DNA of 63,744 nucleotides, filler included, from Conidiobolus incongruus B7586 (lineage: Eukaryota), in assembly GCA_000697335.1 (NCBI GenBank). It is 25 parts of 25 records of this genome, joined end to end, with 100 filler letters (N's around TTAATTAATTAA, not from the genome) between each part and the next. Parts side by side here need not be neighbours in the genome. Positions count along the whole stretch, not along the records: positions 27,246 to 29,610 come from JNEM01003911.1; positions 29,711 to 33,485 come from JNEM01003912.1; positions 33,586 to 35,121 come from JNEM01003914.1; positions 35,222 to 36,788 come from JNEM01003915.1; positions 36,889 to 38,359 come from JNEM01003916.1; positions 38,460 to 40,664 come from JNEM01003917.1; positions 40,765 to 42,858 come from JNEM01003918.1; 18 more parts are not named here. The stretch is one strand, 5' to 3'. Numbering within the stretch: the stretch's first letter is position 1; every line of letters starts with the position of its first letter. Below the pieces are notes generated by a model, which had not been told where the DNA came from, ran no database searches, and saw nothing but the letters and a program-made list of their open reading frames with translations. The position numbers and the translations under genes are program-made. This document shows, piece by piece, positions 28,238 through 40,775 of this stretch.

Positions 28238-29610
28238 TATAAGAACAATAGTAAATACCAATATAATATAGAAAAAAATTTAATATAAAATAATATGGCA
28301 TAAAATATGATAGTATAATATAAAAATGTAAATAAAGTATAATTAAGCTTTAAACTAGGATAAGTCACTAATATTTTCAAATTTATATTAGGTAGTGTTA
28401 ATATGTTATATTATTAATAGAATATAATTTTAAAAATTAATATAAAAAAAGATATTAAGAATTGAGAAAAAAAAGAAAAACCTAGTTTATTAAGTAATTT
28501 AGTATTATTTATTTAGTTAATTTAGTTATATAAGTATAAATTAATCATATAATTTATAATTAACTCAATTATATAGAAGTATATATAAAAATTTAAAAAA
28601 TTAGTTTTTTAACATTTTTTTAATAAACCTTTTAAAAAAGTCATACTTTTTATATTTTTACAAATAGATATAATAAGTTAAGATATTTATAATTTTTTCT
28701 AAGGGTTTTTTATAACTATTTTAATAAGATAATTTATTTACTTTATATAAAAATAGAGCTTGTTCTTAATAAATTTAAATTTAATTATATAATCAATATA
28801 ATACTTTTTTTCTTTATTTCAATTAATAATTTGATCTAGTTTTAAAACTTTTAATCAATTAAAAGAAGTGTTAAAATCTTTAAAATAAGGTTTGATTTTA
28901 GATATATAAAAGGTAAAGTTAATCCTCAAAATTTAAAATAATTTTAAGATAATATTTTTAAAATTTGAATTAATAAATTATATCTTATAAAGGTTATAAT
29001 ACAATGGTAAGTATTTTAGATTTAAGTTAAATTTAAATAAGTTTAAGGGTAGATTATTTTAAGTATATAAATATATTAGTTTTATATTTAAAGGGATTTT
29101 TAAAAAGTTTTAAATATTATTATTTTATAACTCTTTAATTTTCATTCAAGTTAAATTTAATAAAAAATTAATTTATTTAATATTAAATTAAAATTTAAAA
29201 ATAGATTTGTTTAAAGTTTTAAAATAATTATTAAATTAAGATGTTTATTATAATTAATAAAATAAAGGTTTAAATTTGTTGATTTATTAATAAAGATATT
29301 AAATAAATATTAGTATTGATAGATATAAATATCTTAATTTAACTAATTGATGTTAATATATGCTTTAATCATTTATTTTAAGGTTTTAATAGTTCTTCCA
29401 ATAAGTTTATTTTTTTAGTAATTATTAATAATAAATATAGCTAAATTAATCTTAAGGAAAAAACATAATAACTTTTAAAATTAAAAGTTGAATTATATAT
29501 CTTTGTTAAATAAAATAATTAATAAAATCTTATAATAAGTAAAAATATTAAAAAATAATAATTATATAATATCTTTAACTATAGAAGTTATAAAATAAAG
29601 AATAAAATAA
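28238..29610 (-). mobile_element. Ty3/Gypsy family 1: 3' LTR (28238-28614) plus chromodomain/integrase relic
   Basis: Reverse complement of 37170-38359; the LTR matches 52685-53083. Confidence 0.8.
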
Positions 29611-29829
29611 NNNNNNNNNNNNNNNNNNNNNNNNNNNNNNNNNNNNNNNNNNNNTTAATTAATTAANNNNNNNNNNNNNNNNNNNNNNNNNNNNNNNNNN
29701 NNNNNNNNNNTAAAATAATAAATATTTTAAGTTTGTATTAAAACATTATTTATAAATTTTTTTATTTAAAAATATATTGGATTAATTATTAATTGATTTT
29801 TTTAATATATTATAAAAATTGATATTTAT

Positions 29830-30598
29830 TTAAATTTAAATTATTTATTAAAGTTTATAAATTAGATAGATTTAACTAGAGTTAATATTATATATTATTC
29901 TTAAATTATAATTATGTAAATAAATTTAAGATTTATTAATTATAAAATTTACTATAAAAACTTTTGTTTTTAATTATATCTTAATAAGTTTAGTTTGACT
30001 ATAGCTACTTTAGTTATTTTTAAGCTTTTATAAAATTATAAGATATTTATTTTATAATTTTATTAATTTAAGTTTAAAATTAAATATATATAATATATTA
30101 ATATAATTAATATTAAATTACTTTAATAATTCTTTAATTAAAGTAAAAAGATATTTATTAATATATTCTATTATTTTATTAATAAGTACTAAAATAAAAA
30201 TAAAAATTAATTTTTTGGATTTTAATAAATTTTAAATTATGTTCTTTTTAGTTTTAAAATTATAAATCTAATGATATATAGTAGTTTTAAATAAAACAAT
30301 ATCTTCATAAATTATTTACAAGTTTTAAATAATTTTAAAGGATTTATAGTTAAGTTTTAAAGATATAAAAATAAAAGCCTTTTGATAATTATTATTTAAT
30401 TTAAGAATAATTAAATTTAACTATAAATTTTATATTGAAAATATTTTAATAAAAAAATAACTATAATTGAATATATATATATATTGAAAAAATTTATTTT
30501 CCTAATTATATATTATTTAAATAATCTTTTAAAATTGATAATATGTTTGAAAAATTAAGAATAAAAATTTGTCATTTAATAATTTCTATATTGATATT
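29830..30598 (-). mobile_element. Degenerate mariner family A variant, 5' half
   Basis: Colinear with 24134-24638 and 14000-14739. Confidence 0.8.
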
Positions 30599-30963
30599 AT
30601 ATTATAAGAATTTAGATTCTAGAGATTAATCTACAAAAAAATAACCAGATTGAATGCTTTATTTTTTTAACTATAAATATATTGTCAAAGCATTCAATTT
30701 CAGCTATCATTTTTAACAAAGTGATGAAAGTATCCAGATTTTCTTGCCAAGATACTTTAAAATTTGACAGAACATCTCATATTCATTGTCACCACCAAGT
30801 GTATCACTAGCCCAATAAGTAATATGTAAAGTACCACCCATCATTTTCAAAATATACTGTGACAAAGTCAGCTGTTATGTGTTATGTCTTTGTCACATGA
30901 AGCAATGTTCTTGAAAAACAGATCAGCACAAACAATGACAGTTGACTTATAAGCAAGCATTTC

Positions 30964-31470
30964 ATTAGTGGTCTGAGTAGATTGTTTCATTACTACAGAA
31001 GCAAATGTATTATTAATCATTCTCTAAGTTTAAAAATATCTAACTGGATGGCAAAAAAAACTATTCCACAGTAGTTTGAAAGTAAAAGATTGCTGAAACC
31101 ATCCATAAGATACTTTTTTAACTTGGATCATCCAAGTATTAGTGGTCTGAGTAGATCAAGAGATTACAACTGAAGCAAATGAACTATCAGACATTTGGTG
31201 AATTCAAAATGTTACCTGACTAGATGGCAAAAAAACTATTCTTGTGTAGCTTGGGAGTAAAATATTGCTGAAACCATCCATAAGGTAACTTTTTTAACTT
31301 CATTTACTTTAACGTTAGTGGAATGAGCAGATTGACCAATTACAACTGAAGCAAACAAACTATCAAATATTCTTTAGGTTTAAAAGATATCTGACTCAAT
31401 GGCAAAAAAAACTATTCCGCAGTAGTTTGATAGTAAAGGTTGCTGAAACCATCCAAAAGATATTTTTTGA
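30964..31470 (+). repeat. Tandem array, 3 units of about 175 bp (left arm of a long inverted repeat)
   Basis: Units start near 30964, 31138 and 31314. Conserved blocks ttagtgg..tgag.agat, gaagcaaa, atggcaaaaaaa and ttgctgaaaccatcca. Confidence 0.93.
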
Positions 31471-32819
31471 TTTTAAAACCTTAATTAAGTAGTTTATTTA
31501 TAACTGTTTCTACAAATTACTGATTTTTATTTTATGGGATTGTATCATAAAATTTCATCTTTTCCTTTATAAAACATTACAACAACAAATCAAGTTCAGA
31601 ATTTTCCAATAAAATCAACGTTTAATATCTTATTTGAATTGATATGATCAATCTAGTTTTCATCCAGGTTTTGGGGGAACAAATCACTATTTATAGAATA
31701 TATTTCTTTACTAAAAAATCTGGAAACATGTATTTATTGTTTTTCTGGTTCTTTTTCTAAGATTCAATAGTTGGAAAACATAATATCCTGGCCCTTAAAA
31801 ACTTTCAAACTATGAAATTACTAATCAAAATTAGATTTATAGCATTAGATTTATTGACTAAATTTGAAACCTGATTATTTGTTGCAATTTACTATATCTG
31901 TAGTTGTATTAATTTTATTTCACACTTTATATTTTATACATCACTTCAACTATAGCATAAAATTAAGAATTGAAAAAGTAAAAATCTGACAAAACCATTC
32001 AAAGATTGAATAATTTTACTGTTTATAATAAACTAAGATATATTTTAACTAAAAATGCAAAAATGTTCAATATTTTACCAATTTTTAATATCTATATTTC
32101 GCTATAATTCAAACAAATTATTTCTAAAAATGAAAAATATTCATCATAGCTGCCAAATACAGTTAATTAAGTACTCCAATTCGCTGAAATTGAAATTAAA
32201 AAGAACATTTAGCTGAAATTACATATATTGGTAATACCAATTTAACATAATCCACAATTAAGAAAAAGAAGTCACTTTTACCAAATTAATGTAAACTTTA
32301 ATATTTTGATCATGATATATCCAATTAATTTGATAATATCCATAAATTACAATATTTTATAATATTGTCAATACTTTATAGCTATTGGATTATTTTCGAA
32401 ATCTAAAATTATTTGTCTCGAAAAAATCTAAGTTTCATGTGACATTGTATAAATATTATAAAAATTTCAATATTTAATTCCCAAGTACAACCTATATTTA
32501 GTAAGTATAGCTTCATTTTCATATTAATAGATTCATTAAAACCAAAGCAACCATATATATAATTAAAAGCTCAATATAAGATCTTTCAGTTAAAATGTGG
32601 AAAATCTCTTTGCGTGTTGGATATTTTAAAAAATAAATTTATATGCTATTACTCTAAAAAAAGTATATTATATTAGTGATAAGAATTGACTTAAATAAGG
32701 TATATCTATCAATTTGATCCTTTTTAAGTAGAATTAATCTTATAAATTCCAATCTTGTATTAAAGGATGAGTAGTTAATTGAATGAAGTATAAATTAGAA
32801 GTGATTGAGATGATTCAAA

Positions 32820-33485
32820 TCAACTATTTTATGGATGGTTTCAGCAACCTTTACTTTCAAACTACTGCGGAATAGTTTTTTTGCCATCCAGTCAGATATT
32901 ATTTAAACCTAAAGAATATTTGATAGTTCGTTTGCTTCAGTTGTAATTGGTCAATCTGCTCATTCCACTAATGTTGAAGTAAATCAAGTCAAAAAGGTAT
33001 CTTATGGATGGTTTCAGCAACTTTTTACTTCCAAGCTACTCAACAATGATTTCTTTTGCCATCTAGTCAGATATCTTTTAAACCTAAAGAATATTTGATA
33101 GTTTGTTTGCTTCAGTTGTAATTGGTCAATCTGCTCATTCCACTAACGTTAAAGTAAATGAAGTTAAAAAAGTTACCTTATGGATGGTTTCAGCAATATT
33201 TTACTCCCAAGCTACACAAGAATAGTTTTTTTGCCATCTAGTCAGGTAACATTTTGAATTCACCAAATGTCTGATAGTTCATTTGCTTCAGTTGTAATCT
33301 CTTGATCTACTCAGACCACTAATACTGGGATGATCCAAGTTAAAAAAGTATCTTATGGATGGTTTCAGCAATCTTTTACTTTCAAACTACTGTGGAATAG
33401 TTTTTTTTGCCATCCAGTTAGATATTTTTAAACTTAGAGAATGATTAATAATACATTTGCTTCTGTAGTAATGAAACAATCTACT
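32820..33485 (-). repeat. Tandem array, 4 units of about 175 bp (right arm, cut by gap)
   Basis: 33064-33485 is the near-exact reverse complement of 30976-31397; tggatggtttcagcaa occurs four times. Confidence 0.93.
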
Positions 33486-36400
33486 NNNNNNNNNNNNNNN
33501 NNNNNNNNNNNNNNNNNNNNNNNNNNNNNTTAATTAATTAANNNNNNNNNNNNNNNNNNNNNNNNNNNNNNNNNNNNNNNNNNNNTAATTTATTAAAATA
33601 TTGTAATTTATATTAAATAAAAAATTTAATATTATTATTATTATTATTTAATTTAGTTATCTAAAAAGATAAAATTAGATCATATTAAGATAGAGTTAAG
33701 TCTTAAATATTCAAAATTGCTAATAATAATTAAAATATTACAAAGAGTATTATATTAAAATTAATATAACTTTAGAATTAAAAGTAATAAAATATTAGAT
33801 TAATATTTATAATAAACCATGCTAATATAAAAACATAATTTATTAATCAATTAATATTTCAAATTAAATCAAGTTTTCTAATATAGTAATTATTATATAA
33901 CCAATACTTGATGATTTTATATAAATCGAATTTACAATCATGAATTCTTAATATAGTAATATATTATTCCATTGAAATTAATCCATAAAATATTTTAGTC
34001 ATTAAAAATAATAAGGTTAATTAAATAGATTTAAAATTAAAAAGAATATATTAATTATAATTTTTAGAATTGAAAATATTGTTATAAGTATTTTGTGTAA
34101 ATATTGTTCACAGTCTTATAATCTTAATCTAATTCCATTATAAAAATTGATAATCATAATTAAAAAAATCCATGAATTTATATGAACCAATATTTTTTTG
34201 CATTAATATTAAGTTAATAATTTAACCACATTAATAAATATTTATTAGTTTAAAATTATTTACGAATATATAATTAAAATATTATTGAATTTTAGCTATA
34301 AAAAATTGAGCAAAACTTAATTAAAATAATTTCAACATTATTATATAATGTATTCATGTCTTTAAATTTAATTTAACCAATTTAACATTATTAAAATAAT
34401 TTCGTTTTACAATTTTCATAACACACAGAATTTCAATTAATAATACATTGAATCAAATTTTTTATTTATTTATTGATAAGAAGGTAATATATAGTATCTG
34501 GATCAAATATTATATATATTAATTAACATTTGTATTTCATTATTTTTATTATTTTAAAATATTAAAATTATATATTTTTTGATATTTTTATGAAGGATTT
34601 AGGTCAAGTTTTATTAATTATTTAAAAATATTTTTAATATTTTTGATCAATAATTATAGATATTATAGTAGTACGATATTTTATATTAATTAATTATTAT
34701 TTTAAAAATTTTAAGTAATTTTATATAAGTAATAATATTGAAATTATACAAATATGAATTGATCTTTGGTTTAGGGAGATATAAATAATATTGACATAGT
34801 TTAATAAACTATGAAAAGTTATTATAACTATGAATAATATATATATAAATCTAATTTCAGCTTTAAATAAAAATCCTAAAACTTTGTAAAAATAATTGAT
34901 ATAATTAATAAAATATAAAGTATTATATATAATATTAAAAAAATAATAAAAACTTAGTTATTTTTATATATATCAAATATAAATATAATAAAATATTGAT
35001 TTTATTTTATCTAATTAATATTATTTTTGATAATAATAATAAACCTGCTTAGTATAAAAATTTCTTATAAAAAATTATTTTTATATAAGTATTTAATATT
35101 AATATATCAATATAATTAATANNNNNNNNNNNNNNNNNNNNNNNNNNNNNNNNNNNNNNNNNNNNTTAATTAATTAANNNNNNNNNNNNNNNNNNNNNNN
35201 NNNNNNNNNNNNNNNNNNNNNATATTAATAATTCAAAAATTAATTATACAAAATAAATATCAATAAAATATTTGAATATTTTGTTATATAATAAATCACA
35301 TAAATAGTGAATTTTTAATTCTTAATATCTTTTTTATGATATAAAAAATATTATATTAATTTAACTCAAATAGTTATATATAGAGGGATGAAAAGAAGTA
35401 AAAAATAATTTTAATTTTAAACTAATATAAAATAATCAACTAATTTAAAATTACATTCTGATCAATTTTTCAATTGATATATATTATTTTGTTTTTCAAA
35501 TTTGAATATATTGATTTAATGAAATATAATTTTATTTATTTCACTTTTTATTTCGAATTATATTAAATAAATTTCGAATATTTTGAATATTTGAAAAAAA
35601 TCATAAATTATAATTATCAAATATATTTTTAACATATTAATTATATTTATTTTTCAAAATATTTATTAATATATAATTGATTAGGTTTAAATATCAATAA
35701 TATATATAATTTATATTAAATTAATTAAATAAATATAATAATTATGATGAAATTAAATAACTTGATAAATTTATTTAAATAAAATGAAAATATTATTTGT
35801 TTATCAAATAACCAATTTGTAAATTTTTAATCAAAATTAAGTAGTTTAAATTTATCAATTGTCAATCTAATATACTTTATGCGGTTGAATAATATATTTA
35901 ATATTACTCATATATTTCTTATTATTCAATCAAAAATTTAACAAATCAAAACTTGAAATAAATTTAAATATATTATTTGTCAAAATATTAAAATTATAAT
36001 AAATTAATTATAGATTTAATTTAATAAATTATAAATAAAATTAATAATTATAGAAATTAGGGTTAGTTTTTAACTTCAATTAAAAATGTATACTATCAAA
36101 AAATATCAAATTTATTAAATTAAATGCAAATTATATAAAATCTTTGTGATATCAGGTTTTATATTTCTCATTATATATATTTAATAAAATTTGTAATTAA
36201 AAATTTTGGCATTATAAATAAAATATTCTTAGTCAAATGAATGTTAATATTATATATTATTTTTTGAACAAATACAGTTAAATAAATATGATTAATTTAT
36301 CAATTAATTTTAATATTTTGAAGTAGTTATATCAATTATCAATGACATTAACATTCAATTCAATAATTTAAATTTTCATTTTTTATTATTATTTTAATTT

Positions 36401-36888
36401 GCAAAATTAGCCAATTGATTTTGAGAATTAAATATATTTATATTAATATTTATATTTGTTTTATTTACTTATCATTTTTTAAATTATTATTTACTCTGAA
36501 TTTTAATTTAATAATATAATTCAAATTAAGAATATTTGTTAAATATTAATATATTTAATTACCCATTATTTTTTCAATCGGTTATTGATTCAAGTTAAAA
36601 AATATATTACTATATGTATTAATTATAATATTTCAAAATCAATAATGAATAAATATAATAAAAACAAAATGATCAAAAAATAATTATTTCATAAAATTTG
36701 ATAATTTTTTATTCCAAGTGATCAACTTAACTAGTTAATATAAAAACTAAAAATTAAAATTTTTTATTTATTTAATAAATATTCAATTNNNNNNNNNNNN
36801 NNNNNNNNNNNNNNNNNNNNNNNNNNNNNNNNTTAATTAATTAANNNNNNNNNNNNNNNNNNNNNNNNNNNNNNNNNNNNNNNNNNNN

Positions 36889-38359
36889 TTTATGAATATT
36901 ATAACATATTTATTAAAAAATATTAAAACTAGTTAAAAATTATTAAGAAAAATAAAACAAGATATTATTAACTTTTCTTAATTAAATTAGTTTAGAAATA
37001 TATCAATACCTATGATATATATTAAAAAATCTAATATAATACAAAATTAAAATATAATAAAATTATTCTTTTATAAATCTTTAATAAAACTTAATAAAAT
37101 ATTTAAATTAATTTGATGGAAATTATTAAAAAAAATTAAAATGATTTATTAATTATTATTGATTCAATCTTTAAATATATTTATTTTGTTCTTTATTTCA
37201 AAACTTTTATAACTAAAGATATTATATATTTATTATTTTTTAATAACTTTACCTATTATAAGATTTTATAAACTGTTGTATTTAATAAAAATATATGATT
37301 TAACTTTTAATTTTAAAAGTAACAATTTTTTCCCCTTAAGATTAACTTAGTTATTTAAATTCCTAATCATTACTAAACTAATAAATATATTGAAAAATTA
37401 TTAAAACCTTAAATTAAATAATTAAAACTAATATTAACATTAATTAATTATATTAAGTTACCTATATCTACCAACTTTAATATTTATTTAATAGTTTTAT
37501 TAATAAATTACTAGATTGTAGCTTTTATTTCATTAATTATAATAGACATCCTGATTCAATAATTACTTTAAAAATTTAAATTAATTTACCCTTAAATGTT
37601 ATTAAATTCTATTTTAATATTAAGTATATCAATCCTTTTATTAATTTTAACTTGGAAGAAAATTAAAGGATTAAAAAACAATAATATTTAATACTATTTA
37701 GAAAACTTTCTAAATATAGACCTATTATATTTATTTATTTAAAATAATCTACCCTTAAACTTACCTTACTTAAATTTAACTTAAATCCAAAATATTTACT
37801 ATTATATTATAATCCTTATAAAATTTCATCTATTGATTTAAATTTTGAAAATATTACTATGGAATTATCTTTAATTTTAAGGATTAACTGTAAATTTCAT
37901 ATATCTATAATCAAATCTAATTTTGAATATATATATATATTTTAATTTGATAAAAGCTTTAAAACTAAATTTAATTATTGATTAAGATAGAGAAAAAGAA
38001 TACTATATTAAATATATAATTATAACTAAATTTATTAGGAATAAGCTTTACTTTTATATAAAATAAATAAATTATCCTATTAAAGAAGTTATATAAAAAT
38101 CCTTAAAAAATATTAAAAATTTTTTAACTTATTCTACCTATTGTAAAAATCTGAGTTTGTCTTTTCTAAAAAACCTATTAAAAAATATTAAAATATTAGT
38201 TCTATAAATTCTTATATATATTTCTATATAATATAATTAATTATAAACTATATAATTAATTGAAATTTTTATAATTAAATTAATCTAATAAATAGCATTA
38301 AGTTATTCAATAATTAAGGTTTTTTCTCTTAATTCTTATTATTTCTTATTTTTTAAATT
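36889..38359 (+). mobile_element. Ty3/Gypsy chromovirus family 1: integrase, GPY/F motif, chromodomain, start of 3' LTR (about 38186)
   Basis: Degenerate translation LLIIIDSIFKYIYFV (rve), YYNPYKI (GPY/F) and IID*DREKEYYIKYII..KFIRNKLYFYIK*INYPIKEVI*KSLKNI (chromodomain). Confidence 0.82.
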
Positions 38360-38459
38360 NNNNNNNNNNNNNNNNNNNNNNNNNNNNNNNNNNNNNNNNN
38401 NNNTTAATTAATTAANNNNNNNNNNNNNNNNNNNNNNNNNNNNNNNNNNNNNNNNNNNN

Positions 38460-40664
38460 TATAATGAATTATAATAGTTAAAGGTAGAGAAAGCAAATCT
38501 CTTAATATTTTAAGAAATATTTAATAATTAAATTCTATAATATTAAAATATTAATTAATAATAATAAAATATATTAATATTTAAACAAAAAAGATTATTT
38601 GTGTCTCCTTATAATATTAGAAAAAAAGAGAGAAATATATAAGCATAAATATATATAGTTAAGTAATAACAAGGTTATTTAAATTTATATTTATAAATAT
38701 TGATAAGATTTAATTTAGGTAATTAAATTTTTAGTAATTAATTAAAATAAAGGAAAAATATTAATTAGGTAGAAATTGTTATAATACTTATAACCCCTTT
38801 AAACTATACTAAGTTATTAGTATAGTTTTACTTTTTTTAATCTTTTTGATATAAGATAAATATATGCAAATATCTTTAATTACTTGAAATAATTTTTAGG
38901 TTGACTTAAAATTAAAATAATCTAATTATTTTACAAAATAATAAGGTTTTCTATATTTTGTTTTATATGAAAGAATTTTATCAATATAATATTTATTATC
39001 CCTTTAATTATTAATAATAGGTAATAAAGGTTTTTTAAAATTTTAATCAAGAAACTTATTTTTAAAATAATGATATAACTCTAACAAAATGATATAAAAG
39101 ATTAAATAATATTTATAAGCTTTTAGTAACTTTAATTCAAAATTTCTAGTTTTAAAGCCTGCTTTAAATATATAAAATAGTTTAATCTAATATAGTAAAA
39201 GCTTTTGATTTATGTTGTTTCCCAATATCTACTTGGTGAAGAATATATTTATTATATTTAAAAGGATTAAAAACCTAAGTTTATATTCAGATAGGGTCTT
39301 ATAAAATTTTGAATAATAATTTTTATTATATATTTGATTTAAATTAGTTAATTCTAAAACTATTTGATAGATTAATTTAAATCTTTTTAATTTATCCATA
39401 ATAAACTCATTAATATAAATACTTTAATTAAGTTTAATTAATAAGTTAAGATATTATCTATAATTTGTAAAATAAAGAATTAAACTACTAGACTAATTAA
39501 TTAAGTGATTATAAATAAATTATAAATAAAATAAGAGAGATTTTTAACTATATTAATTAACATTAATATAGTTTTTAATAATTTGATTTAAAATTTGAAT
39601 AACTCTGTTAATTAATTTAATTAATTAATGATGATAAATAATATTGAGCTTTATATGAATATTTATATATTATATAAAATCTTTTTAGAATTTGAAAATA
39701 AATTTAAAGTCTTAATCAATAATAATAATAAATAATTTATATAATAAGATTAAATTCTTAATTAATAAGTTAGTTATTTTAAATACTATAAGTATTTTAT
39801 AGATAGGAATAAAATAAATAAATCTGTTATATAAATCAATAACTATTAAAATATTATTATAATTTTCTTTTAACTTAGGTATTTTTATAAAGCTGAGTTA
39901 TGTTTAAGCTTAAGATATAAATAATAAAGATAAAGAATTTAATTCATCAATTATCTTTTTTATTTTATATTTATCTTTTTAATAATTATTATAAGATTTA
40001 TAATAGCTTTTTACCAATTTAATTACTTTTAATATATAATATTTTACTTGAATTTTATTAATAAGTTTAATTTAACTTTAATATTCATTTAACTTATAGT
40101 TGTAATATTATTCTAAAATCTTTAATTAAAAGTTATAGATTTATAGAATATATAACTTATTATATTTATATAACAAAGCATTTAATATATAGAATCTTTT
40201 ATTTTCAAAAAGCTTTTTTTTATTATTTTCTTTTATTTTAACTATAATCTTTAAATAAAAATTATCATACTATAGTTTTTCTTTTAAAATTTAATAAAAG
40301 TTTTTATTATTTAAGGTTATAATTATTAAATTAGTTTCAATTAATTTTTTATATTTATTATACAATAGTGTATAGATTTGAATTTTACTTAATATATCTA
40401 CAGCCTTATTTTATTTACCAAAAAAGTATTTAATTAAGAATAAATACTTTTGGATAATTTTTATCCATTTGATTTATTTTTTAAATAAATATTTTTGTGA
40501 ATTTAAGTAAATCAATAATTTATAATTGCTTAAACATAAAAATTCTTAATAGGATAACTAAAAACTAAGCTTTTTTATAATTTCTACCAATATAAGTAAT
40601 TTTTAATTATATATAAGATAATTTTATATAATAGGTATTAATTTTCTAAATTATAATATTAATG
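38460..40664 (-). mobile_element. Ty3/Gypsy family 2: RNase H-integrase relic, PPT and 3' LTR (38460-38792)
   Basis: Minus strand NYKLLIYLNSQKYLFKK*IKWIKIIQKY (DHKSL...RW of Ty3 RNase H), then ILIVID, YHH and FIRPY. Purine tract aaagggg lies next to an LTR homologous to 56555-56927. Confidence 0.78.
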
Positions 40665-40775
40665 NNNNNNNNNNNNNNNNNNNNNNNNNNNNNNNNNNNN
40701 NNNNNNNNTTAATTAATTAANNNNNNNNNNNNNNNNNNNNNNNNNNNNNNNNNNNNNNNNNNNNTAATAATATAT

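Noticed and set aside
32440..32580. Minus-strand NYIYGCFGF resembling the DNA polymerase B motif NSxYG (Polinton or linear plasmid)
   Set aside because: The conserved Lys spacing is wrong, there is an adjacent stop, and no other PolB motif was found.
30964..33485. CRISPR-like array
   Set aside because: The segments between conserved blocks are homologous to each other rather than unique spacers, the period is about 175 bp, no cas genes are present, and the context is eukaryotic.
33586..36788. Very AT-rich contigs (also 1-1631, 16864-18492, 21624-22550, 60048-62000)
   Set aside because: Probably older relics, but no motif or repeat could be assigned by eye.
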